DNA of 64,000 nucleotides from an uncultured candidate division Zixibacteria bacterium. GTDB taxonomy: Bacteria > Zixibacteria > MSB-5A5 > UBA10806. Each line of letters starts with the position of its first letter. The first letter of the stretch is position 1. The stretch lies in the NCBI GenBank assembly GCA_963817915.1, contig CAWFQL010000017.1:224001-288000 (forward strand), given 5' to 3'. Positions 12,075 through 22,237 of this stretch are shown piece by piece. The position numbers and the translations under genes were made by a program. The notes beneath the pieces are model-generated. The model was not told where the DNA came from and did no database searches. It saw only the letters and a program-made list of their open reading frames with translations.

Positions 12075-15000
12075 ATGAGAAAAAAGTTACTATTTTGGGG
12101 ATTTATATTTCTTCTGGCATTTTCATATCAACTTTCTTTCGCTCAGAAAAAAGAATGTTATGACTGTCATAAGGATTTAAAAAAGGTATTCAGCTCCTTT
12201 AAATATTCACATGATCCAATTAAGAAAAATGATTGTTATAGCTGTCATGATTCTCACGGATTTTCCAGAGGATTGGTCCTCAAGGCCAACAACAGCACTC
12301 TTTGCTCCAAATGCCATCCTAAATTCGGCGCGGGATTTCCCGATTCTACCGCGGTAAGCATCCATGTGCCCGTGGTAAAGGGAGTCTGCTGGTCGTGTCA
12401 TGATCCTCATGGATCGAATAATCCCGGGCTTATTCGCGATGTGGATAAGGAACTGGTCTGTTTTGCCTGCCATACGGAGATGGCGGCTTTAAAAACCAAG
12501 ACTGTACAACATAAGCCATTTGCCGACAAATTCTGTTCATCCTGCCATGAAGCCCATACAGGTAATCAGCCCAAACTGCTTTTAAAAGAAACAAATCAGC
12601 TCTGTAGCGGATGCCATGATAATAACGACAAAAATTATCAGAAGAACCATTCCATAGCCGGAATCGACAAAATAAAATGCACAGATTGTCACAACCCCCA
12701 CGCTTCCGATAAGGCGGGGCTGATAAACTCAAACGCTCACCAGCCGATGGTCGAAGGAAGCTGCCAGACCTGCCATGCCAATATAGACAAGGGCGATACA
12801 ACTTTGGCGATGACGCCCAAAGAGCTTTGCACGACCTGTCATGATGATATAAACTCCAAGATCGCCATGGCAACAAGCCACCCGCCGGCGGCGGATGGAG
12901 ATTGCCTTGGCTGTCATTCAGGCCATAAAGGCAAAGAAAAAGCGCTATTAAAATCCCCGGTTAAGGATATCTGCCTGAATTGTCATAGCGACTTCGCGGA
13001 TACGGTAAAAGCGGAAGGCGCTCATACTGCGGTGAGGGCGGGTCAATGCGACGCGTGTCATGACGCCCACGGTTCTCCCAATCCGAAACTGGTAAATGAT
13101 TCTACGAATGAGCTCTGCTTAAAATGCCATACCGGACTTAAAGAAAGCATGGCCGCCGCCACCAAAAAACATCCAGCGGTCGAAGAGAAGAAATGTCTCG
13201 ATTGTCATGTGCCGCATGCATCCAAGAAGACATCGCTTCTGGCCGATGATGAACGGGTTATTTGTGCCAAATGCCATGATAATCTCGCCATTGAAACCAA
13301 GGCAAAATTCGGACATCTGCCATTCATGGCGGGGCAATGCGGCATGTGCCATGATCCCCACGGTTCTTCTCAACCGGCAATGCTTAGGGCGGAGGTTCAG
13401 AAGGTTTGTATTAGATGCCACCCCAATATCGGCAAGAGCATAACATTGCCTGTCGCCCATGCCCCGGCGAGCCAGGGCGAATGTTTGACATGCCATAAGC
13501 CGCATTCCTCGGATAACCCTGGTATGCTTCAAAAACCGCAAGGTCAACTTTGCGGCGATTGCCATGGCGATGCCAATGGAACGCTGGCAGTCAAGAACCT
13601 GCATACACCGGTCAAAGAGGGGAAATGCTCATCTTGTCATGATGTTCACGGCGGAGAACAGGCTAAATTACTTTCGGGTTCAGGAAAGAAACTGTGTTTG
13701 TCATGCCATACAAGCATGGCCGAAGATTTGAAAAAGGCGGTCGTGCACAAGCCAATCGCCGATGGAGAATGTACCACATGTCATTTGGCCCATGGATCAA
13801 ATGAGAGAAATAACCTTGTCAAGCCGGTCGCCGAGCTTTGCCAGGGATGCCACGATACCAGCATCGAAAAGATAAAAGCCGCGCATGGCGGATACGTTGT
13901 TAAAGAATCCCGTTGTACGACTTGCCATAATCCGCACGCTTCCGACCAGCCGAAATTGGTAAATAAATATCAGCATCCTCCATTCGCTGAAAAGAGCTGC
14001 GATTCTTGTCATCAAGGGTTGGGTGAAAGCGGCCAGGTGAAGCTTATTGCCGAGGGGAACCAGCTTTGCGCGCAATGTCATGATATTGTAGGGACAATCA
14101 TGGCCCAAAAGGAAATCCATTCGCCTATCAAGCTGCAAAAGGGTTGCATAAGCTGTCATGACCCTCATGCTTCGAGCAATCCCAAGATGTTAGTTGACGC
14201 CCCGCCAACGCTTTGTTACACGTGCCATAGCGAAAAGCAGGCAATGTTTACGTCAGATAAGGCGCATACGCCGGTAAAAAATGGCGATTGTTTCGCGTGT
14301 CATGAAAAGCATTCGGGTGCCAACACGAGTCTTTTGAAGACAAAGAAGACACAATTATGTTACAGTTGTCACACCGCTGAAAAGGAACGTTTTGCGAAGG
14401 AAATAGCGCATAAGCCAGTCGCGGATGGTAATTGCAATAAATGTCATGATTCGCATGGAACAGTCAATAATTTCATGCTGGTCAAGGCGCCGGATGAGCT
14501 CTGCCAAACCTGTCATATGGTTTCGACTCCGTCATTCAAGCAGACCCATTACAATTTCCCGATGGAAAAAGTAAAATGCGCTAAATGTCATGATCCTCAT
14601 TCGACACCAAAGACTTCATCGAAATTACTCTATCCTGATCAGCATTCGCCTTTTAAAGGTAGAAATTGCACTGCTTGTCACGCGGGCCCCGGCAATCTCG
14701 CTACCAAAAAGGAAGGCAAGTTATTATGCATGCAATGTCATACCAAGGCCGAGGGCCTGATGTCAAAGAAGATTGTCCACAAGGCGCTCACGGCCAAAGG
14801 CGAATGTCTTAATTGCCATTCACCGCATACAGGTTTCTCATCGAAGATATTGCTGAAGCCAGGCGGCAAGGTTTGCTATAACTGTCACGACAGACAGCTT
14901 TTTGAAGCGAAAAACAAGCATAAACCGGCAGCCGAAGATTGCAATATATGTCACGATGTCCATTCATCTGATAATGCCGGGTTGCTGAAGGTGCAGGATG

Positions 15001-15194
15001 AAATAGCTCTTTGCTCTCAATGTCATGACGCCGCCAAGACCCATCTTCATCCAATGGGGAAGGACACCAAGGATCCGAGAACCGGAAATCCTTTGGTCTG
15101 CTCAGGATGTCATTCGCCGCATTCCAGCGATTACGAAAATATGCTGTGGGCCGATAAACAAAGGGACCTCTGTGTCCGTTGCCATACGATGTAA
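12075..15194 (+). CDS. Giant periplasmic multiheme c-type cytochrome (42 CxxCH, doubled-CXXCH repeat type)
   Basis: Sec signal peptide; 42 CxxCH motifs counted by hand in repeating H.P....CxxCH.PH......L....CxxCH units. Confidence 0.95.
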   Translation: MRKKLLFWGFIFLLAFSYQLSFAQKKECYDCHKDLKKVFSSFKYSHDPIKKNDCYSCHDSHGFSRGLVLKANNSTLCSKCHPKFGAGFPDSTAVSIHVPVVKGVCWSCHDPHGSNNPGLIRDVDKELVCFACHTEMAALKTKTVQHKPFADKFCSSCHEAHTGNQPKLLLKETNQLCSGCHDNNDKNYQKNHSIAGIDKIKCTDCHNPHASDKAGLINSNAHQPMVEGSCQTCHANIDKGDTTLAMTPKELCTTCHDDINSKIAMATSHPPAADGDCLGCHSGHKGKEKALLKSPVKDICLNCHSDFADTVKAEGAHTAVRAGQCDACHDAHGSPNPKLVNDSTNELCLKCHTGLKESMAAATKKHPAVEEKKCLDCHVPHASKKTSLLADDERVICAKCHDNLAIETKAKFGHLPFMAGQCGMCHDPHGSSQPAMLRAEVQKVCIRCHPNIGKSITLPVAHAPASQGECLTCHKPHSSDNPGMLQKPQGQLCGDCHGDANGTLAVKNLHTPVKEGKCSSCHDVHGGEQAKLLSGSGKKLCLSCHTSMAEDLKKAVVHKPIADGECTTCHLAHGSNERNNLVKPVAELCQGCHDTSIEKIKAAHGGYVVKESRCTTCHNPHASDQPKLVNKYQHPPFAEKSCDSCHQGLGESGQVKLIAEGNQLCAQCHDIVGTIMAQKEIHSPIKLQKGCISCHDPHASSNPKMLVDAPPTLCYTCHSEKQAMFTSDKAHTPVKNGDCFACHEKHSGANTSLLKTKKTQLCYSCHTAEKERFAKEIAHKPVADGNCNKCHDSHGTVNNFMLVKAPDELCQTCHMVSTPSFKQTHYNFPMEKVKCAKCHDPHSTPKTSSKLLYPDQHSPFKGRNCTACHAGPGNLATKKEGKLLCMQCHTKAEGLMSKKIVHKALTAKGECLNCHSPHTGFSSKILLKPGGKVCYNCHDRQLFEAKNKHKPAAEDCNICHDVHSSDNAGLLKVQDEIALCSQCHDAAKTHLHPMGKDTKDPRTGNPLVCSGCHSPHSSDYENMLWADKQRDLCVRCHTM

Positions 15195-15197
15195 AAG

Positions 15198-15725
15198 ATG
15201 AAGAATCAGCGAAAAAAATATTTTGTGAAGGAAGGCAATCAATGGGGCCTCCTGGCCGGGGCGGTAACATTGATATTTATATTGGCTATTGTCGCCTCCG
15301 GGTTATTCTATATTATCGCCAATCGTAATCTCGAAAACGCTACTTACAGGGCTCATTTTACTGCATTGCATAATACCATGCAGCTTCTTCTGCCCTGGCT
15401 GATTCTGGTAAATCTGATTGGCCTGATTATTGTTGTTATCCTCGCGATCTTCTATACTCATAAGATCGCGGGGCCTACTTTTCATATCATGAATGATCTG
15501 AAAAAACTTGGCGAGGGCGATTTAACTACAAGGACGAATCTTCGAAAGAACGACCGTTTGCAGGAACTGGCCAAGAGCCTGAATAACGCTATCGAGGGAA
15601 TTCAGCAAAATGTCATGGAAGCTAAAAGCCACGTAACTGAATTAGAGAAAACTGCCGATAATTCTTCTCAGATAAAACAAAAAATAGATAATCTTAATAA
15701 GGCGATTAACAGGCTGAAGACCTAA
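15198..15725 (+). CDS. Small membrane protein with 2 TM helices, a HAMP domain and a short coiled coil
   Basis: Two hydrophobic segments, then HKIAGP...GEGDLT....RKNDRLQELAKSLN (HAMP); no output domain. Confidence 0.7.
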   Translation: MKNQRKKYFVKEGNQWGLLAGAVTLIFILAIVASGLFYIIANRNLENATYRAHFTALHNTMQLLLPWLILVNLIGLIIVVILAIFYTHKIAGPTFHIMNDLKKLGEGDLTTRTNLRKNDRLQELAKSLNNAIEGIQQNVMEAKSHVTELEKTADNSSQIKQKIDNLNKAINRLKT

Positions 15726-16297
15726 TGAAGTATATTGCAATCGGCGCGGCAGGCTGCATTATCTTATGCGTTTCTGTAAGGCTTTGGGGCTTCCCTCAGG
15801 AGCAAATTGTATTGCCATCTCATCCCGGCGCGGCGGCCGAATCGATTGTGGTACAGGATAGCTGCAAAATTTGTCATAATGATCCTACAAGCGCCATAAA
15901 TATTCAGGGACATCAGCAATGTTACGGCTGCCATAAATCGGTTGAGGAAAAGAACGCCAAATTATACAGGCATATAGAAATATTGAATGAAAAATTCCCT
16001 GCTATCGATTGCGCCGGATGTCATAAACTTCATAAATCGGAGGGCAAACCTCTTCTAGCCACTGATGAATTAGGGCTATGCCGGTCATGTCACTCTGAAA
16101 CTCAGGAAGGCTTGTCTCATCCAGTCGTGACATTCACCGACGAATTTGGCCGTCAGGGCGAAATATTCGGGCAGGACGCGAAGTTGATAACCTGTGCTTC
16201 CCATTGCCATGATGTGCACGGCACCGATTACCAGTATTTTTGCCGCCAGAAGCCAGGCAGGGAACTTTGTATCACCTGTCATAAGGATTATCAGTGA
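15725..16297 (+). CDS. Multiheme c-type cytochrome (5 CxxCH plus 1 CxxxCH)
   Basis: CKICH, CYGCH, CAGCH, CRSCH, CASHCH, CITCH; hydrophobic N-terminus. Confidence 0.9.
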   Translation: MKYIAIGAAGCIILCVSVRLWGFPQEQIVLPSHPGAAAESIVVQDSCKICHNDPTSAINIQGHQQCYGCHKSVEEKNAKLYRHIEILNEKFPAIDCAGCHKLHKSEGKPLLATDELGLCRSCHSETQEGLSHPVVTFTDEFGRQGEIFGQDAKLITCASHCHDVHGTDYQYFCRQKPGRELCITCHKDYQ

Positions 16298-17193
16298 GAA
16301 ATTATTTGAAAATCTTTTTAGGCGTAGTGGTATTGATTGCGTTTTACTCAGTTTTGGCAATTTCAACTTCTAACGCTCAATTTATTGAAAAGAAAATCGG
16401 CCTTCCCTGTGAAGATCGGGGCTATTTCAGTATGCCATCAGCGATTAGTTATGATCAATTGCGCAATAGATTGGCGGTATCCGATAAGGCACGCGGATTA
16501 ATTTATATATTCGACCTTACTGATATGAGCAGTGATATTATCGGTCAGAATATTCAAATCAAAGAACCGGTCGGGCTGGCATTTAATGGTAACGGCGATA
16601 TTTTCATCGCACAAAACGGTCTGCCATTTATCCTTCATTTCAAATATGATTCCGATTCCGGGGATTCAATATTTTTAGATCAGGCCGATTCAGCAAGAGC
16701 TGCTAATCCCGCAAAAATTTATATCGATTCACAGGGGCGGATGTTTATAATCGACAAAAGCGATAATTCAATTACTATTTATAATGATAAAGGCAAGTAT
16801 ATAAAAAAACTCGACTTCAAATTTAAAAATCCGGGCGGAATTTTGGTGAATTCGTCAGGCGATATTCTCATAAGCGACAAAGGCTACGATCCGATAATGA
16901 TATTCTCGAAGGACGGCTCCTTTAATAGAAGACTGACGCGGCCGGAGTCGACAACCGATCAATATAGTTTTAATGCTTCTGGATTGGCTATCGATCAACG
17001 AGGCTGGATTTATACATTGGATGTCTCAAGAAACAAATTGATGTCGTATGACCCGACTGGAATTACCAGAACATCATGGGCGCCCTCTGAGTCGCCGTTT
17101 TTCCCTGTCGATATTGCAATTGATCGAAATGACAATATCTACGTACTAGAGTCGGGCAATGGGAATATTAGAGTTCTTTCGAGGGGTTTTTGA
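16294..17193 (+). CDS. Exported NHL-repeat beta-propeller protein
   Basis: Signal peptide; repeats such as PVGLAFNGNGDIFIA, GLAIDQRGWIY, PVDIAIDRNDNIYV. Confidence 0.85.
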   Translation: MRNYLKIFLGVVVLIAFYSVLAISTSNAQFIEKKIGLPCEDRGYFSMPSAISYDQLRNRLAVSDKARGLIYIFDLTDMSSDIIGQNIQIKEPVGLAFNGNGDIFIAQNGLPFILHFKYDSDSGDSIFLDQADSARAANPAKIYIDSQGRMFIIDKSDNSITIYNDKGKYIKKLDFKFKNPGGILVNSSGDILISDKGYDPIMIFSKDGSFNRRLTRPESTTDQYSFNASGLAIDQRGWIYTLDVSRNKLMSYDPTGITRTSWAPSESPFFPVDIAIDRNDNIYVLESGNGNIRVLSRGF

Positions 17194-17194
17194 T

Positions 17195-18076
17195 ATGAAT
17201 AAAGCGTTGATATTGTTATTGGCCGCCATGATTTTGCCGGCGGCATCGCCTTATGACCTTAATCTGATTGCTACCACCAATTCTAATATCAACGGTCTCC
17301 CAATGGCAGATCCTCAGGGATTGGCGGTTAATACCAAAGGCGAGGAGTTTGTTATTGCCGATACCCGGAATGATCGGATTATAGTGGTTGATACGCTGGG
17401 CAAGGAGGTCTTTTCGTTTCCGGTCGGAGGCGAACGCCATACGCCATTCGGAGTTGTTGTCGATTCAATGGGACAGATAATTGTAAGCCCCATGGACGCA
17501 TCGGAGCTTTGGGTTTTTGATTATAACGGGCAATATTACGATACAATCATACTGCCCGATAAGTTCGCTCCCGGCAGAATGTCTATAGATAAAAATGATT
17601 ATATCTATGTAATCGATCGCTCCGGAAAAGGTATTATTGTCATTGATCATTCCGGCAGAATCATAAAAAGATTCGATTCTGCGGATAATCAGTGTAAGCC
17701 ATCAGGAGTCACTTTCGACAGAACAGGTAATGTCATAATGACATCGGCGGGCGGCGATGCCATCACTATATTTTCGCCCAGCGGAGAAATCCTTAGAAAA
17801 TTTGGGCAGCATGGAGAGCAAGTTTCGGAATTTTCCCATCCCACATCATCGCTGGTCGATAACAACGGCATGTTATGGGTGGTTGACTCTTTCAGACATC
17901 AATTAATTCTATTTGATGATAACTATAAATTTGCCGATATTATTGGAATGAAGGGTAGTAAAACAGGCGAATTTTTTTATCCAGTTGACCTGAAAATTAC
18001 TCCAGGGGGTAAATTAGGAGTGTTGGAAAAAGGAACAGGCAGATTAGATATTTTCAGGGTGAAAAATGTTAAATAA
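17195..18076 (+). CDS. Exported NHL-repeat beta-propeller protein
   Basis: Signal peptide MNKALILLLAAM; NHL repeats (PQGLAV...IADTRNDRI, GEFFYPVDL). Confidence 0.85.
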   Translation: MNKALILLLAAMILPAASPYDLNLIATTNSNINGLPMADPQGLAVNTKGEEFVIADTRNDRIIVVDTLGKEVFSFPVGGERHTPFGVVVDSMGQIIVSPMDASELWVFDYNGQYYDTIILPDKFAPGRMSIDKNDYIYVIDRSGKGIIVIDHSGRIIKRFDSADNQCKPSGVTFDRTGNVIMTSAGGDAITIFSPSGEILRKFGQHGEQVSEFSHPTSSLVDNNGMLWVVDSFRHQLILFDDNYKFADIIGMKGSKTGEFFYPVDLKITPGGKLGVLEKGTGRLDIFRVKNVK

Positions 18077-19049
18077 GAGTCTGAAATATATTTGGGTGTT
18101 TTGGGCGGTTGCTTCATTGGCTTATGCCGGAGAATATCACGCACAGGCGGATATTTTATGCAGCGATTGCCATACATCACATTATAGCGAGCATGGGCTC
18201 TTGCCTGAGCGAGCGGAGCCAGGCGGGCCATTCAGCGAAATGCTTATAGTCGGCTCAGTTGATAGATTATGTCTCTCGTGCCATGATGGCACCGACCCGT
18301 CGGCGCCGGATGTCTTGGCTCCCGTGACAATGTATAACGGCTCAGGCTCGGAATTTTCCTCAGCAGGATTTTTTACGGCGCAGGAGGGCATAGTATCGAG
18401 CGAGGCTCATGATCTTGGTTTGGATAGTCCGATTCCTTATTCGAATCCGCCAAAGACCAAGAAGCTTTCATGCGCGAGTTGTCACAATCCTCATGGGAAC
18501 GCGACCTACCGCAATCTAATTCCCGACCCCGACAGCGCTGGAATCGATGTCAATATAGTTCTCGGGGCGGACGTGTTCGAGCAGAATCATCCGGCAAATC
18601 CGCCTACCAGAAGCGCCAGTATCGATGCCTATAAATCCGGAAATATTGGATTTAGATCCAATGTCATTCAGTGGTGCGAGAAATGCCATAATGGTTTGTC
18701 AAACACCGAGCCCGGCATGCTTCCGGCTCATTTCCAGAGGCACCCGATAGGCGTCGGATTAGATGCCGCAAATTATCATGTGGATGGCGCTCACTGGACC
18801 GCCGGTACAGGCGATGGTTTTGGAACTGCCACCGGTGATGGTATGGAAGGCATACCGCGTTTGAGATTTATGGCTCCATTGGCTACTGATTATAATACAT
18901 CAAAGTCAGTCGGGAATACGAATCAGGTATTCTGTTATTCATGCCATTTCGCGCATGGGGGGCCCAATACGTCTTCAATGGTTTGGCCATTTAAAAATCA
19001 ATTATCGGCGGATTTATATTCGGGGTGTCAGCAATGCCATTACAAATAA
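18066..19049 (+). CDS. Hexaheme OmcS-like c-type cytochrome (paralog A)
   Basis: Signal peptide, then GEYH..CSDCHTSH, CLSCH, AHDL, CASCHNPHG, WCEKCH...RHP, CYSCHFAH and terminal CQQCH; same order as Geobacter OmcS. Confidence 0.8.
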   Translation: MLNKSLKYIWVFWAVASLAYAGEYHAQADILCSDCHTSHYSEHGLLPERAEPGGPFSEMLIVGSVDRLCLSCHDGTDPSAPDVLAPVTMYNGSGSEFSSAGFFTAQEGIVSSEAHDLGLDSPIPYSNPPKTKKLSCASCHNPHGNATYRNLIPDPDSAGIDVNIVLGADVFEQNHPANPPTRSASIDAYKSGNIGFRSNVIQWCEKCHNGLSNTEPGMLPAHFQRHPIGVGLDAANYHVDGAHWTAGTGDGFGTATGDGMEGIPRLRFMAPLATDYNTSKSVGNTNQVFCYSCHFAHGGPNTSSMVWPFKNQLSADLYSGCQQCHYK

Positions 19050-19060
19050 TAAAGAGATTG

Positions 19061-20614
19061 ATGCGCGCAAAATCTGCGTTCATAGCAGTTATCGCCATAA
19101 TAATTTTAGTGTTTGCGGCTTTAAATGGTTACTCGGATTCGGGATCATATAAAACCAGCAAGCATGGAAATTCGCAGATAGGTGTTAATAGAGATTCCAA
19201 TTCCGCGAGAGGTAGTTGCGCCCAATGTCACCTTGAGCACGACGGCGACATGCCTTTCGACTTCGCGCTTTTTACTAACGATGATAACACGCTTTGTCAA
19301 ACAACTGGCTGTCATGATTTTGCTTATCAGTGGCCATCAGGGGATTATTATTGGCCGTATCCCGGAAATGTGCCCGACTGGTACAATTCAGGTCATGGAC
19401 GATCAGCCGCATCATTCCCTCCGGGGAGTCAGCGAACTGTAAGTCTTTGCGTACAGTGCCATAATCCTCATAGTGCCGCGGATTCGACAGCGGGGACAAT
19501 TCCCTCATCGCTTTCGAGACTCGAGGAAAAGGGATGCTTTTCCAATGACGGTACCTCCGGTAATGGTTGTCATGGCAATAACAGCGGTAACAGACCATAT
19601 GGTGCACTTGATATCTATACTCAAATGCTGAAGACATCGCGACATAATGTTTTCGCGCAGTCAAAGAAGCATTCTTCGGACTGGCTGCCAGGATATCCTT
19701 ACGGCCGGGAATCACGCGTAATTAATTCTGGGTTTTTCTCGGGGACAAATCGTCATGTCGAATGTGTTGATTGCCATAATCCGCATAAATCTATCGCGGG
19801 AAATCACACACCTGGATCGAATAATATCGGCGGATCATTGCTTGGAAGCTGGGGAGTATCGCCCATCAACGGTGGCGCCTGGACAATCCCCTCAGTATTC
19901 AGCGCGACAGATTTCACATCAACCGCTCAATCCAAAGAATTTCAGCTATGCTTTAAATGTCATAGCTATTACGCGTTCGGAAATACCTCGCCCTCCGGCT
20001 ATACCGATATTGCCAGAGAATTCAATCCAGCCAACTCATCCTATCATCCGATTGAGGATTATATTCGTACAAATTCATATACATCGCCTTCGGTCAATAA
20101 TGGCCAGAGGGAGACCATGGAAGCCCCATGGGATAATGGAATTCATGATCTGATGACGTGCTCCGATTGTCACTCATCGGAAACCAGTACAGACCCCGCT
20201 GGGCCTCACGGTTCAAATCAGCCGTATTTGCTGATAGCGTCGCCGTCAGCAACAGACAGGACGTTCTGCACTAAATGTCACAAGGCGTCGGTATATGCCC
20301 CGACAATCCGCCCCGGAACTAATGTCGATACAGGCAGCAGGTTCGATGAGCAGACAACACGCGATGGAGACGCAAGTCACTGGTTTCATGTAACTGCAGA
20401 AGGATATAGTTGCAGACAGTGTCACGGCTCTCGCCAGACACCACCGCCAAGCTCGCCAGAGAGAAGAACACCATACCCAATTGAAGTAGGGTCATCTCAT
20501 GGCTCGAATACATTCAGCGGCCTTGTAAATGGCACGAATATTTACCGTTATACCCCTGGCCGCTGCTGGCCCACTTGCCACGAAGAACAGACTTATACTG
20601 CGGGGCCGGAATAA
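19061..20614 (+). CDS. Multiheme c-type cytochrome (7 CxxCH plus 3 extended CxnCH motifs)
   Basis: CAQCH, CVQCH, CVDCH, CFKCH, CSDCH, CTKCH, CRQCH, plus CQTTGCH, CFSNDGTSGNGCH and CWPTCH; N-terminal signal/anchor. Confidence 0.9.
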   Translation: MRAKSAFIAVIAIIILVFAALNGYSDSGSYKTSKHGNSQIGVNRDSNSARGSCAQCHLEHDGDMPFDFALFTNDDNTLCQTTGCHDFAYQWPSGDYYWPYPGNVPDWYNSGHGRSAASFPPGSQRTVSLCVQCHNPHSAADSTAGTIPSSLSRLEEKGCFSNDGTSGNGCHGNNSGNRPYGALDIYTQMLKTSRHNVFAQSKKHSSDWLPGYPYGRESRVINSGFFSGTNRHVECVDCHNPHKSIAGNHTPGSNNIGGSLLGSWGVSPINGGAWTIPSVFSATDFTSTAQSKEFQLCFKCHSYYAFGNTSPSGYTDIAREFNPANSSYHPIEDYIRTNSYTSPSVNNGQRETMEAPWDNGIHDLMTCSDCHSSETSTDPAGPHGSNQPYLLIASPSATDRTFCTKCHKASVYAPTIRPGTNVDTGSRFDEQTTRDGDASHWFHVTAEGYSCRQCHGSRQTPPPSSPERRTPYPIEVGSSHGSNTFSGLVNGTNIYRYTPGRCWPTCHEEQTYTAGPE

Positions 20615-20615
20615 A

Positions 20616-22223
20616 TTGAAGCGGTTTTTCTTTATAGCGCTTTTGTTCTTCCCAATTGCCTCTCAGGCAGGTCTTAGAGGGAATTTGAATTTGAATTATT
20701 TGCAGAGCAATGCGGCTGGAGGCCTCAGCACCACTACTTCCGGCCAGATTCTCAATCTTTATATAACCGACAGAATCTTTTATTCGAATGATATGACTTT
20801 AGGGGCGTATATCTTTCGATCCAAAGCGTCGCTGAGAAGTCATGTTGATTTCCGGGTGAGATATACACTTAATATGAGCGGCTATCGATACATATTTTAT
20901 TCATCATATACACCCTACAAAATTTATGGTAATATTGAAGGCCCTTTGTCTTTCAGAGTATTTCAGGCGGCCTTAAATCTTCAGCCACGATTCCTTCCGG
21001 CCATATCATCGAGTTATTCTTCTACCAGACAATTTTCCAGCGATCATCCCCGGAAAACCAATTCCTTCAGTAATACCTGGAATATCGGTACGATGACCTC
21101 TCAGATATTCGGCAATTTTCGGGCGAATTATCAACGGCAGACATCCAGGGCGGATGTCAATAAAACTGCCAGAGATCTTCTGCAAATAGTGAATTTATCA
21201 TATGATATCAGCAAACAATGGCCGGCAAAAATAAGCTGGGCGACAAGCTACAGCTACACGGGCAGCAGAAACGATCAGGTGACGAATCTAAGAAATACTA
21301 ATAATACCCATAATGCAGCAGTCCAGGCGGGCCGTGTATTTGGAAAATGGCTGGTGCTATCCGCGGCGACCTCAGGCAGGCAGGCCGATTTCTCCCGCGA
21401 TAGTCAAAAATCGACTATCCAGGATTTTTTCGCGAGCGCGTCGAGTGTCGTTAATGTCAAAGAAAATATCTCGGTGGTATTCTTAAGGGGATATAGCATA
21501 AGTAAGACCAAGAATGACACGACAACCAGTCTGTCCAATGACTATATTAATCTTTCCGGCAATTATCGTTTTTTGATGAAGGGCGATAAGCAGGGGAATA
21601 TATCGCTTTCAAGGACAGTCTACTTGCAATCGGCATTGGGCAGATCTACGGTAGATAACGGTAATCTGGTATTTGATTTGGGTGTCTATCGCGAGACGAA
21701 CGCTACGTTGAATTTTGGAATTTCGCGCAACAGCCGGGTCGCTCTGGGAAGCGGCAGATTCCAGATTTCACGAAGTTTAACATTAACATCGCAGCCTACG
21801 CCGAAAATGTCGGTTAATTTTAATTATCAATCCTCGTATGTGGCGGATAAGATTTCACTGATAAAAGGCAATAATGATAACATGACATTGAGCCTCACTC
21901 ATGCCCCCAAAACCTATTTCAATTATACATTTACATATGACCTTACTATTATGAGAGTCAATGTGAGAAATACAATTTCATCTATATCGGTTGCCCTCAA
22001 TTTTCAACTCTCTTCCCGAATGTCGTTCCTAACGACATATACCCACAGAGATAATGGGCACACCGGTGCCACCCTGGGAAGACAAATAGATCAATCGGCT
22101 ACTGCTCGATTATCATGGAATATAGGAAGAAGAAGCACTATCACAGTAAATTACGCGATTTCAAATTTCAACACAGATCGCCAAAGCGATGAAATCGGCG
22201 GATATTATTCACTAAGTTTTTGA
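20616..22223 (+). CDS. Outer-membrane beta-barrel protein
   Basis: TTG start with signal LKRFFFIALLFFPIASQA; alternating amphipathic beta-strands; ends GYYSLSF (terminal-Phe beta signal). Confidence 0.8.
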   Translation: MKRFFFIALLFFPIASQAGLRGNLNLNYLQSNAAGGLSTTTSGQILNLYITDRIFYSNDMTLGAYIFRSKASLRSHVDFRVRYTLNMSGYRYIFYSSYTPYKIYGNIEGPLSFRVFQAALNLQPRFLPAISSSYSSTRQFSSDHPRKTNSFSNTWNIGTMTSQIFGNFRANYQRQTSRADVNKTARDLLQIVNLSYDISKQWPAKISWATSYSYTGSRNDQVTNLRNTNNTHNAAVQAGRVFGKWLVLSAATSGRQADFSRDSQKSTIQDFFASASSVVNVKENISVVFLRGYSISKTKNDTTTSLSNDYINLSGNYRFLMKGDKQGNISLSRTVYLQSALGRSTVDNGNLVFDLGVYRETNATLNFGISRNSRVALGSGRFQISRSLTLTSQPTPKMSVNFNYQSSYVADKISLIKGNNDNMTLSLTHAPKTYFNYTFTYDLTIMRVNVRNTISSISVALNFQLSSRMSFLTTYTHRDNGHTGATLGRQIDQSATARLSWNIGRRSTITVNYAISNFNTDRQSDEIGGYYSLSF

Positions 22224-22237
22224 TATTCGGAGGAACA

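Noticed and set aside
12075..15194. Periodic TG(T/C)CA(T/C) DNA motifs suggesting a CRISPR or tandem array
   Set aside because: They are Cys-His codons of heme motifs in one long ORF; no constant repeat-spacer structure and no cas genes.
19061..22223. Naming the cytochrome/barrel pair MtrA/MtrB
   Set aside because: Heme spacing is much wider than in MtrA/DmsE and I see no MtrB-specific motifs; left unnamed.
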